Assembly (NCBI GenBank): GCA_032718475.1
Contig: JAUCBJ010001403.1
Span: 1-63,675 of the forward strand
DNA: 63,675 nt
Direction: 5' to 3'
DNA from: Nemertoderma westbladi
Taxonomy: Eukaryota; Animalia; Xenacoelomorpha
In this document: one piece after another, positions 51,501 through 63,675 of the stretch
How positions within the stretch are numbered: position 1 is the first letter of the stretch
How the letters are laid out: the number at the start of each line of letters is the position of its first letter
Notes under the pieces: generated by a model
Databases searched by the model: none
What the model was told of the DNA's origin: nothing
Seen by the model: only the letters and a program-made list of their open reading frames with translations
Program-made: the position numbers and the translations under genes

Positions 51501-54500
51501 GACTAGAGACTGGGACCAACAGTAATAGGGACTAGAGACTGGGACCAACAGTAATAGGGACTAGAGACTGGGACCAACAGTAATAGGGACTAGAGACTGG
51601 GACCAACAGTAATAGGGACTAGAGACTGATGGACCAACAGTAATAGGGACTAGAGACTGATGGACCAACAGTAATAGGGACTAGAGACTGATGGACCAAC
51701 AGTAATAGGGACTAGAGACTGGGACCAACAGTAATAGGGACTAGAGACTGGGACCAACAGTAATAGGGACTAGAGACTGGGACCAACAGTAATAGGGACT
51801 AGAGACTGGGACCAACAGTAATAGGGACTAGAGACTGATGGACCAACAGTAATAGGGACTAGAGACTGGGACCAACAGTAATAGGGACTAGAGACTGGGA
51901 CCAACAGTAATAGGGACTAGAGACTGGGACCAACAGTAATAGGGACTAGAGACTGGGACCAACAGTAATAGGGACTAGAGACTGATGGACCAACAGTAAT
52001 AGGGACTAGAGACTGGGACCAACAGTAATAGGGACTAGAGACTGGGACCAACAGTAATAGGGACTAGAGACTGGGACCAACAGTAATAGGGACTAGAGAC
52101 TGGGACCAACAGTAATAGGGACTAGAGACTGATGGACCAACAGTAATAGGGACTAGAGACTGATGGACCAACAGTAATAGGGACTAGAGACTGATGGACC
52201 AACAGTAATAGGGACTAGAGACTGGGACCAACAGTAATAGGGACTAGAGACTGATGGACCAACAGTAATAGGGACTAGAGACTGATGGACCAACAGTAAT
52301 AGGGACTAGAGACTGATGGACCAACAGTAATAGGGACTAGAGACTGATGGACCAACAGTAATAGGGACTAGAGACTGGGACCAACAGTAATAGGGACTAG
52401 AGACTGATGGACCAACAGTAATAGGGACTAGAGACTGGGACCAACAGTAATAGGGACTAGAGACTGGGACCAACAGTAATAGGGACTAGAGACTGATGGA
52501 CCAACAGTAATAGGGACTAGAGACTGATGGACCAACAGTAATAGGGACTAGAGACTGATGGACCAACAGTAATAGGGACTAGAGACTGGGACCAACAGTA
52601 ATAGGGACTAGAGACTGATGGACCAACAGTAATAGGGACTAGAGACTGGGACCAACAGTAATAGGGACTAGAGACTGATGGACCAACAGTAATAGGGACT
52701 AGAGACTGGGACCAACAGTAATAGGGACTAGAGACTGATGGACCAACAGTAATAGGGACTAGAGACTGATGGACCAACAGTAATAGGGACTAGAGACTGG
52801 GACCAACAGTAATAGGGACTAGAGACTGATGGACCAACAGTAATAGGGACTAGAGACTGGGACCAACAGTAATAGGGACTAGAGACTGGGACCAACAGTA
52901 ATAGGGACTAGAGACTGATGGACCAACAGTAATAGGGACTAGAGACTGATGGACCAACAGTAATAGGGACTAGAGACTGATGGACCAACAGTAATAGGGA
53001 CTAGAGACTGGGACCAACAGTAATAGGGACTAGAGACTGATGGACCAACAGTAATAGGGACTAGAGACTGGGACCAACAGTAATAGGGACTAGAGACTGA
53101 TGGACCAACAGTAATAGGGACTAGAGACTGGGACCAACAGTAATAGGGACTAGAGACTGATGGACCAACAGTAATAGGGACTAGAGACTGGGACCAACAG
53201 TAATAGGGACTAGAGACTGATGGACCAACAGTAATAGGGACTAGAGACTGATGGACCAACAGTAATAGGGACTAGAGACTGATGGACCAACAGTAATAGG
53301 GACTAGAGACTGATGGACCAACAGTAATAGGGACTAGAGACTGATGGACCAACAGTAATAGGGACTAGAGACTGGGACCAACAGTAATAGGGACTAGAGA
53401 CTGGGACCAACAGTAATAGGGACTAGAGACTGGGACCAACAGTAATAGGGACTAGAGACTGATGGACCAACAGTAATAGGGACTAGAGACTGGGACCAAC
53501 AGTAATAGGGACTAGAGACTGTGGACCAACAGTAATAGGGACTAGAGACTGGGACCAACAGTAATAGGGACTAGAGACTGATGGACCAACAGTAATAGGG
53601 ACTAGAGACTGGGACCAACAGTAATAGGGACTAGAGACTGATGGACCAACAGTAATAGGGACTAGAGACTGGGACCAACAGTAATAGGGACTAGAGACTG
53701 ATGGACCAACAGTAATAGGGACTAGAGACTGGGACCAACAGTAATAGGGACTAGAGACTGATGGACCAACAGTAATAGGGACTAGAGACTGATGGACCAA
53801 CAGTAATAGGGACTAGAGACTGATGGACCAACAGTAATAGGGACTAGAGACTGATGGACCAACAGTAATAGGGACTAGAGACTGATGGACCAACAGTAAT
53901 AGGGACTAGAGACTGATGGACCAACAGTAATAGGGACTAGAGACTGATGGACCAACAGTAATAGGGACTAGAGACTGATGGACCAACAGTAATAGGGACT
54001 AGAGACTGATGGACCAACAGTAATAGGGACTAGAGACTGGGACCAACAGTAATAGGGACTAGAGACTGATGGACCAACAGTAATAGGGACTAGAGACTGA
54101 TGGACCAATAGTAATAGGGACTAGAGACTGGGACCAACAGTAATAGGGACTAGAGACTGGGACCAACAGTAATAGGGACTAGAGACTGGGACCAACAGTA
54201 ATAGGGACTAGAGACTGGGACCAACAGTAATAGGGACTAGAGACTGGGACTAACAGTAATAGGGACTAGAGACTGGGACCAACAGTAATAGGGACTAGAG
54301 ACTGGGACCAACAGTAATAGGGACTAGAGACTGATGGACCAACAGTAATAGGGACTAGAGACTGATGGACCAACAGTAATAGGGACTAGAGACTGATGGA
54401 CCAACAGTAATAGGGACTAGAGACTGGGACCAACAGTAATAGGGACTAGAGACTGGGACCAACAGTAATAGGGACTAGAGACTGATGGACCAATAGTAAT

Positions 54501-57500
54501 AGGGACTAGAGACTGGGTCCAACAGTAATAGGGACTAGAGACTGATGGACCAACAGTAATAGGGACTAGAGACTGGGACCAACAGTAATAGGGACTAGAG
54601 ACTGGGACCAACAGTAATAGGGACTAGAGACTGATGGACCAACAGTAATAGGGACTAGAGACTGGGACCAACAGTAATAGGGACTAGAGACTGGGACCAA
54701 CAGTAATAGGGACTAGAGACTGGGACCAACAGTAATAGGGACTAGAGACTGGGACCAACAGTAATAGGGACTAGATACTGATGGACCAATAGTAATAGGG
54801 ACTAGAGACTGGGACCAACAATAATAGGGACTAGAGACTGGGACCAACAGTAATAGGGACTAGAGCATGATGGACCAATAGTAATAGGGACTAGAGACTG
54901 GGACCAACAGTAATAGGGACTAGAGACTGGGACCAACAGTAATAGGGACTAGAGACTGGGACCAACAGTAATAGGGACTAGAGACTGGGACCAACAGTAA
55001 TAGGGACTAGAGACTGGGACCAACAGTAATAGGGACTAGAGACTGGGACCAACAGTAATAGGGACTAGAGACTGGGACCAACAGTAATAGGGACTAGAGA
55101 CTGGGACCAACAGTAATAGGGACTAGAGACTGGGACCAACAGTAATAGGGACTAGAGACGGATGGACAAACAGTAATAGGGACTAGAGACTGATGGACCA
55201 ACAGTAATAGGGACTAGAGACTGATGGACCAACAGTAATAGGGACTAGAGACTGGGACCAACAGTAATAGGGACTAGAGACTGGGACCAACAGTAATAGG
55301 GACTAGAGACTGGGACCAACAGTAATAGGGACTAGAGACTGGGACCAACAGTAATAGGGACTAGAGACTGGGACCAACAGTAATAGGGACTAGAGACTGG
55401 GACCAACAGTAATAGGGACTAGAGACTGGTGGACCAATAGTAATAGGGACTAGAGACTGGGACCAACAGTAATAGGGACTAGAGACTGGGACCAACAGTA
55501 ATAGGGACTAGAGACTGATGGACCAACAGTAATAGGGACTAGAGACTGGGACCAACAGTAATAGGGACTAGAGACTGGGACCAACAGTAATAGGGACTAG
55601 AGACTGGGACCAACAGTAATAGGGACTAGAGACTGATGGACCAACAGTAATAGGGACTAGAGACTGATGGACCAATAGTAATAGGGACTAGAGACTGGGA
55701 CCAACAGTAATAGGGACTAGAGACTGGGACCAACAGTAATAGGGACTAGAGACTGGGACCAACAGTATTAGGGACTAGAGACTGGGACCAACAGTAATAG
55801 GGACTAGAGACTGGGACCAACAGTAATAGGGACTAGAGACTGGGACCAACAGTAATAGGGACTAGAGACTGGGACCAACAGTAATAGGGACTAGAGACTG
55901 ATGGACCAACAGTAATAGGGACTAGAGACTGATGGACCAACAGTAATAGGGACTAGAGACTGATGGACCAACAGTAATAGGGACTAGAGACTGATGGACC
56001 AACAGATATAGGGACTAGAGACTGGGACCAACAGTAATAGGGACTAGAGACTGATGGACCAACAGTAATAGGGACTAGAGACTGATGGACCAACAGTAAT
56101 AGGGACTAGAGACTGGGATCAACAGTAATAGGGACTAGAGACTGATGGACCAACAGTAATAGGGACTAGAGACTGGGACCAACAGTAATAGGGACTAGAG
56201 ACTGGGACCAACAGTAATAGGGACTAGAGACTGATGGACCAACAGTAATAGGGACTAGAGACTGGGACCAACAGTAATAGGGACTAGAGACTGGGACCAA
56301 CAGTAATAGGGACTAGAGACTGGGACCAACAGTAATAGGGACTAGAGACTGGGACCAACAGTAATAGGGACTAGAGAATGGGACCAACAGTAATAGGGAC
56401 TAGAGACTGGGACCAACAGTAATAGGGACTAGAGACTGGGACCAACAGTAATAGGGACTAGAGACTGGGACCAACAGTAATAGGGACTAGAGACTGGGAC
56501 CAACAGTAATAGGGACTAGAGACTGGGACCAACAGTAATAGGGACTAGAGACTGATGGACCAACAGTAATAGGGACTAGAGACTGGGATCAACAGTAATA
56601 GGGACTAGAGACTGATGGACCAACAGTAATAGGGACTAGAGACTGGGACCAACAGTAATAGGGACTAGAGACTGGGACCAACAGTAATAGGGACTAGAGA
56701 CTGATGGACCAACAGTAATAGGGACTAGAGACTGGGACCAACAGTAATAGGGACTAGAGACTGGGACCAACAGTAATAGGGACTAGAGACTGGGACCAAC
56801 AGTAATAGGGACTAGAGACTGGGACCAACAGTAATAGGGACTAGAGAATGGGACCAACAGTAATAGGGACTAGAGACTGGGACCAACAGTAATAGGGACT
56901 AGAGACTGGGACCAACAGTAATAGGGACTAGAGACTGGGACCAACAGTAATAGGGACTAGAGACTGGGACCAACAGTAATAGGGACTAGAGACTGGGACC
57001 AACAGTAATAGGGACTAGAGACTGGGACCAACAGTAATAGGGACTAGAGAATGGGACCAACAGTAATAGGGACTAGAGACTGGGACCAACAGTAATAGGG
57101 ACTAGAGACTGGGACCAACAGTAATAGGGACTAGAGACTGGGACCAACAGTAATAGGGACTAGAGACTGATGGACCAACAATAATAGGGACTAGAGACTG
57201 GGACCAACAGTAATAGGGACTAGAGACTAATGCACCAACAGTAATAGGGACTAGAGACTGATGGACCAACAGTAATAGGGACTAGAGACTGGGACCAACA
57301 GTAATAGGGACTAGAGACTGGGACCAACAGTAATAGGGACTAGAGACTGGGACCAACAGTAATAGGGACTAGAGACTGATGGACCAACAGTAATAGGGAC
57401 TAGAGACTGGGACCAACAGTAATAGGGACTAGAGACTAATGCACCAACAGTAATAGGGACTAGAGACTGATGGACCAACAGTAATAGGGACTAGAGACTG

Positions 57501-60190
57501 GGACCAACAGTAATAGGGACTAGAGACTGGGACCAACAGTAATAGGGACTAGAGACTGGGACCAACAGTAATAGGGACTAGAGACTGATGGACCAACAGT
57601 AATAGGGACTAGAGACTGGGACCAACAATAATAGGGACTAGAGACTAATGCACCAACAGTAATAGGGACTAGAGACTGATGGACCAATAGTAATAGGGAC
57701 TAGAGACTGGGACCAACAATAATAGGGACTAGAAACTGGGACCAACAGTAATAGGGACTAGAGACTGGGACCAACAGTAATAGGGACTAGAGACTGGGAC
57801 CAATGGTAATAGGGACTAGAGACTAATGCACCAACAGTAATAGGGACTAGAGACTGATGGACCAACAGTAATAGGGACTAGAGACTGATGGACCAACAGT
57901 AATAGGGACTAGAGACTGGGACCAACAGTAATAGGGACTAGAGACTGGGACCAACAGTAATAGGGACTAGAGACTGATGGACCAATAGTAATAGGGACTA
58001 GAGACTGATGGACCAATAGTAATAGGGACTAGAGACTGGGACCAACAGTAATAGGGACTAGAGACTGGGACCAACAGTAATAGGGACTAGAGACTGGGAC
58101 CAACAGTAATAGGGACTAGAGACTGATGGACCAATAGTAATAGGGACTAGAGACTGATGGATGGACCAACAGTAATAGGGACTAGAGACTGATGGACCAA
58201 CAGTAATAGGGACTAGAGACTGGGACCAACAGTAATAGGGACTAGAGACTGGGACCAACAGTAATAGGGACTAGAGACTGGGACCAACAGTAATAGGGAC
58301 TAGAGACTGATGGACCAATAGTAATAGGGACTAGAGACTGATGGACCAATAGTAATAGGGACTAGAGACTGGGACCAACAGTAATAGGGACTAGAGACTG
58401 GGACCAACAGTAATAGGGACTAGAGACTGGGACCAACAGTAATAGGGACTAGAGACTGGGACCAACAGTAATAGGGACTAGAGACTGGGACCAACAGTAA
58501 TAGGGACTAGAGACTGATGGACCAATAGTAATAGGGACTAGAGACTGATGGACCAACAGTAATAGGGACTAGAGACTGATGGACCAACAGTAATAGGGAC
58601 TAGAGACTGATGGACCAACAGTAATAGGGACTAGAGACTGATGGACCAACAGTAATAGGGACTAGAGACTGGGACCAACAGTAATAGGGACTAGAGACTG
58701 GGACCAACAGTAATAGGGACTAGAGACTGATGGACCAACAGTAATAGGGACTAGAGACTGGGACCAACAGTAATAGGGACTAGAGACTGGGACCAACAGT
58801 AATAGGGACTAGAGACTGATGGACCAATAGTAATAGGGACTAGAGACTGATGGACCAATAGTAATAGGGACTAGAGACTGGGACCAACAGTAATAGGGAC
58901 TAGAGACTGGGACCAACAGTAATAGGGACTAGAGACTGGGACCAACAGTAATAGGGACTAGAGACTGGGACCAACAGTAATAGGGACTAGAGACTGGGAC
59001 CAACAGTAATAGGGACTAGAGACTGGGACCAACAGTAATAGGGACTAGAGACTGGGACCAACAGTAATAGGGACTAGAGACTGGGACCAACAGTAATAGG
59101 GACTAGAGACTGGGACCAACAGTAATAGGGACTAGAGACTGGGACCAACAGTAATAGGGACTAGAGACTGGGACCAACAGTAATAGGGACTAGAGACTGA
59201 TGGACCAATGGTAATAGGGACTAGAGACTGATGGACCAACAGATATAGGGACTAGAGACTGGGACCAACAGTAATAGGGACTAGAGACTGGGACCAACAG
59301 TAATAGGGACTAGAGACTGGGACCAACAGTAATAGGGACTAGAGACTGGGACCAACAGTAATAGGGACTAGAGACTGGGACCAACAGTAATAGGGACTAG
59401 AGACTGGGACCAACAGTAATAGGGACTAGAGACTGGGACCAACAATAATAGGGACTAGAGACTGATGGACCAACAGTAATAGGGACTAGAGACTGGGACC
59501 AACAGTAATAGGGACTAGAGACTGATGGACCAACAGTAATAGGGACTAGAGACTGGGACCAACAGTAATAGGGACTAGAGACTGATGGACCAACAGTAAT
59601 AGGGACTAGAGACTGGGACCAACAATAATAGGGACTAGAGACTGATGGACCAACAGTAATAGGGACTAGAGACTGGGACCAACAGTAATAGGGACTAGAG
59701 ACTGATGGACCAACAGTAATAGGGACTAGAGACTGGGACCAACAGTAATAGGGACTAGAGACTGGGACCAACAGTAATAGGGACTAGAGACTGGGACCAA
59801 CAATAATAGGGACTAGAGACTGATGGACCAACAGTAATAGGGACTAGAGACTGGGACCAACAGTAATAGGGACTAGAGACTGATGGACCAACAGTAATAG
59901 GGACTAGAGACTGGGACCAACAGTAATAGGGACTAGAGACTGGGACCAACAGTAATAGGGACTAGAGACTGGGACCAACAGTAATAGGGACTAGAGACTG
60001 GGACCAACAGTAATAGGGACTAGAGACTGATGGACCAATAGTAATAGGGACTAGAGACTGGGACCAACAGTAATAGGGACTAGAGACTGGGACCAACAGT
60101 AATAGGGACTAGAGACTGATGGACCAACAGTAATAGGGACTAGAGACTGGGACCAACAGTAATAGGGACTAGAGACTGATGGATGGACCA
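30570..60190. repeat. 29.6-kb minisatellite of interspersed 29-bp and 31-bp units (roughly 1000 copies) in RPLP0 intron 3
   Basis: Units AGAGACTG[GG/ATGG]ACCAACAGTAATAGGGACT, with rarer 35-bp and point variants. Confidence 0.97.
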
Positions 60191-60224
60191 ATATTCGTAC
60201 TGTAGCTAGTTAATCATACGTCAG
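60191..60224. repeat. 34-bp direct repeat, right copy
   Basis: Identical to 30536-30569. Confidence 0.95.
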
Positions 60225-60789
60225 GGCTCACCATTCAGCAAAATCGAAGAACAATTATTGTAAATGTCGTTTACTGCAACTATTTTTTTATAATATTTAT
60301 TGCTGTGAAAAAAAAACAATATTCATTTTTGATACTTTATTTGACCGCGGGGCACGAAAATAGATCTAAGAGAGCGCAGCTCCATTTTAGGCGCAACTAA
60401 ATGTCAAACATAAAGTGACAATTATTTTCACCTCGGTTGGCTATGCATGGCATGGGTGTTTACTGTTTATTAACGGGATTAAAATGGCTAAATATGGAAA
60501 ACCGAAATTAGACTAAATAATGATATGTGAAAATGCCAAATTTGGGGTCTAGGTGGTTTCCAAATGGAACAAACGAAGTGAAAGTACTTGAAATCTAACA
60601 GAAGTAAAACACTACAGTCTGAAAACGATACCAGAAGCCGAGTAAACGAATAAAGACCAACAATACATCACGATCACTTTAAAATGGTGGAATTTTTCAG
60701 AACAATCAAGAAATATCCGACCATGTGAATTCATACTCGTTACACTGCATAACTGTATAAAAATATACAAGAATAAAAAGCCAACTCAC

Positions 60790-61024
60790 AATGATTTCAA
60801 TAGTTCCACGAGATATTTTCGTGGGAATAGCTAATGCCTGGAAGAACGAGGTCTTCTCAGGACCGAGGCCGCTGTTCTGTGCCGGTATGGTCACATCCAC
60901 CGGCGCTATAGCCCCGGCTCGGGCCGGCGCTTTGGTTCGATTCACGTTAATCAGGTCCCGAATGTGGCTGAGATCGTATTTGGTAAAGACCAGACCCACG
61001 TTGCCACGGAGATACGGGAGCAAT
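60790..61024 (-). CDS. RPLP0: 60S acidic ribosomal protein P0, coding exon 3
   Basis: cttcccttttcAG|[16 protein letters not shown]...[47 protein letters not shown]|GTGAGT; 235 nt. Confidence 0.96.
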
Positions 61025-61746
61025 CTGAAAAGGGAAGTAAAAACGACCCGACAAATGATATACTCATATCGATTTCTATTTGGCGTAAAAAAAATAATTT
61101 TCATTTTCACTACTGAACAGAAATCCTTCAAGCAGGGTTGCGGAGTTGACAAAATCATAGGATTCCGACTCCAGGGTAAAAAATGAATTAGACTCTGACT
61201 TCGACCAAAATTTTTCCAAAACCTAAAATTAAAAAATGAAACGTGCGTTTTTAATTTAAACTATCATTGTCAGCAAATACGTTATTTTCTTAATGAAAAA
61301 CGATTACTTTCATTTAAATAATGCTGATTTTTTTCGTCGGCGTCCTGTACATTTCTTAAGGACTCCGACTTCAACTAAAAACATGGACTGTAACTGCAGT
61401 ACACTGCCTTCAGCTATCCAGTATATATAGAGCATATAGAAACTAAGAACAAACAAATAAAATGTATTTTGGGATAAAAAAGAATGCAGTAGTTTTTGGT
61501 GCTGCGAGTAAAAAAGGAAAAATATTAAACTGACTAAAATCAATTAGCGAAACAACAATTATTGCGTGAAATAGACCTAAAAGTTGACATATAACGTAAA
61601 ACAATAATTGCATGGCAGTATCAGTATGATATATAGCCTAAATTTAATGGTGTTTGAGACCTACGTCTACTAATAATAGTGCAGTGCAGTAAAGACAGAG
61701 TGGTATACCATACGAATATAACAATAGGCCTATCAGTTATCCTTAC

Positions 61747-61922
61747 TTCTCCAGACTAGGGTTGTTCTCCATATGACCGCGAACTGCCTTCCTCATCATT
61801 GTGTTTTTACCCATAAGGACCTCTGCCTCACCCCGTAAAGCAATCCGGATGTTCTGCATCTGTTTCGAACGAACATTGTCTGCCCCAACAATGAAACATT
61901 TGGGATATTCGTCGAGAAGTCG
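61747..61922 (-). CDS. RPLP0: 60S acidic ribosomal protein P0, coding exon 2 (absent from ORF track)
   Basis: AG|[58 protein letters not shown]+AA|GTAAGG; 176 nt. Confidence 0.96.
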
Positions 61923-62288
61923 CTATTATGGATAACAATACAACATAATAATAAAACCTGCCAACTTTGTAAGTTATAAATATAAATAAATACGCAGTTA
62001 ATAATGTAAGATGTAGGTAGGTTTAGTAGATGTATGTCTACCGATCCGATAGGTACGTATGTACAGATGTACGTACGATACCGATACGTACGTTACGTAC
62101 GTGCTGCCGGTACCGGTACGTCAGTAGGTGCAGAGGTGCTGCAGTCAGATTGGAACAATAGCTACTACCGCTAGGCCTAGGCCTACTGCACTTCAATTAT
62201 TTTTCATTATGACGTTAGAACAGTGGTGGTGTCGGAGCTTTTACTTCTTTACTGGTAAGCAGCTAAGTTAGGGTACTGTAATACTTAC

Positions 62289-62345
62289 GACCATCTTGAT
62301 GAAGTAGTTGGATTTCCATGTTGCCTTGTCTACTCCCCTCACCAT
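62289..62345 (-). CDS. RPLP0: 60S acidic ribosomal protein P0, coding exon 1 (start codon; absent from ORF track)
   Basis: AAAG ATG, MVRGVDKATWKSNYFIKMV|GTAAGT; 57 nt. The five exons sum to 942 nt = 313 aa plus stop. Confidence 0.95.
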
Positions 62346-62415
62346 CTTTGCAGATTGTGTATGAAGGGTTTCCCGTTAAACAGGTTTAAAGTTAATCTGC
62401 AAGGTAAGTAAGAAT
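62346..62415 (-). promoter_or_regulatory. RPLP0 5' UTR segment and upstream splice acceptor (5' UTR intron or trans-splice site)
   Basis: Minus strand ttcttacttaccttgcAG (AG at 62398-62397), 51 nt upstream of the ATG; candidate upstream donor AG|GTAAGT at 63200. Confidence 0.6.
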
Positions 62416-63675
62416 AAGCGATAAATGATGGCGAAGGCGTACAGGCGTCTGGCCGTGCCGTGGCTGTGACAGTAAAACACAGGCTGGACGCAATTTGCAG
62501 ATTTGAGATAACCGACCACGACCACCGGCTGACTGCAGGACTGGTAGCAGAGGCAACACGAGTTTGTACAGTTGTAACTGCGAACTGTACTGTCATACTG
62601 CTGTACTGTGACTGTCTGAGCAGTGCAGTACAGTAGTCTGGTAGTAGGTAGTCATGCCAGCATGCAGCAATGCAGGGCAGGCTGGCTGGCTTCAGATGTT
62701 CAGGGCTTAGGTCAGTAGGTTGTTAGGCAGTTAGGAGTAGGACACACTCCCGCACAGGCAGACAGGCAGACAGGGACACGTGCGCAAATGTGACACAGCA
62801 GTCTGGCTACCAGCTGACCAGACTACAGGATGACAGGACTACAGGACTATGGACTACTGTCTGACTGCAGGACTGTGCTAGGCCATTACCTGATTACTGC
62901 ATTACATCAGTGCAGTTCCAGTAGGCCTGTACAGATACACTACCTGACCAGCCTGACTGCTGCACCAGTGCACTGCAGACTACACTCCTGCACTCTCACC
63001 TCACACCTGCAGACCTGGCACTGACTAGCTGAAATACTGACTACCCTGCTACTGTGCTACATACAGTGTTACCATTCTGACAGTACTGCAATAAGCAGGT
63101 AAGGCTGTAAGGGAAAGGGAGTACCGGGCCGGTACAGTACGGCTGTACCGGCAACCGGTAGCTGTCGAACACGTCCTTTCCACTAAATACTGAAACTTAC
63201 CTACCTAACAACAGCAACCACGAAACCGGTACACGGAATTGACTTCAAGTGGTGAATGCTTTATATACTGATTGCAGAATTACCAGTAGGCCTACCGGTA
63301 CCATAACTTCAACCTCAGCCTTTCACGGCACCTGATTGGTTAAAGTTAAATTATAAGATAATTAGACATTAGATAATTATTGAGACACCGTACTGATGCA
63401 ACCTTAGATCTGGCAGAATCGCAGGCAAATTTATTGATCATGCAATTAGGCAATGCAGCCTTAACCCCGAACATAGTCATTATGTGTTTAACCCAATAAT
63501 TTAATTTGTTTAAAGGGTTGGGTTCAACAATAACGGGGTGGGGGTGTGCGCTGTACTTACATACCATAAGGTGATTTGCACCATATCCCGGACAAACTAA
63601 TGTATACCTTTGCTACAATTAATTAGTGTTGTACAGTATATACCAATTTGAAAGGAATACTGCAGACTTGGGAGA

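Noticed and set aside
31300-59949. Many SSPYYCWSQSLVPITVGP ORFs
   Set aside because: They arise whenever 29- and 31-bp units alternate to give 60 bp; there is no ATG start or coding signature.
6607-60190. CRISPR-like appearance of the 56-, 32- and 29/31-bp arrays
   Set aside because: Units are head-to-tail with no unique spacers, there are no cas genes, and the context is spliceosomal introns.
62145-62215. Possible C/D snoRNA in RPLP0 intron 1
   Set aside because: Box C is degenerate, and there is no convincing guide or paralog support.
60791-63567. ORFs 60791-61186, 61310-61543, 62339-62596, 62830-63024 and 63346-63567
   Set aside because: Antisense shadow of exon 3, or low-complexity intronic and upstream sequence without protein features.

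Overview
Animal (metazoan-type, AT-rich) genomic window, starting with a leftover PCR-library adapter palindrome. It holds two protein-coding genes. On + is an intronless TMEM145-like GOLD/7TM gene (2825-4282). On - is a 60S acidic ribosomal protein P0 gene (RPLP0) whose 942-nt CDS (313 aa, 5 coding exons, all GT-AG and phase-compatible) is spread over about 56 kb, because its last two introns carry about 52 kb of tandem repeats. Three features stand out. (1) A 56-bp unit repeated 189 times is itself the complete 3' splice site of the last exon (branch point CACTAAC, pyrimidine tract, CAG and the first 23 exon nt); only the last acceptor gives full-length P0, and nearly all of the other 188 hit an in-frame TAA inside the next unit's branch point. 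(2) The same intron contains 16 box C/D snoRNA genes (8 SNORD96-like, 8 of a second family), mostly amplified inside a ~1.75-kb tandem repeat. (3) A 29.6-kb 29/31-bp minisatellite is bracketed by a perfect 34-bp direct duplication. Array breakpoints coincide with GAA(TA)nTTC palindromes. Most short ORFs in the supplied track are repeat artefacts. The organism cannot be identified from this window.
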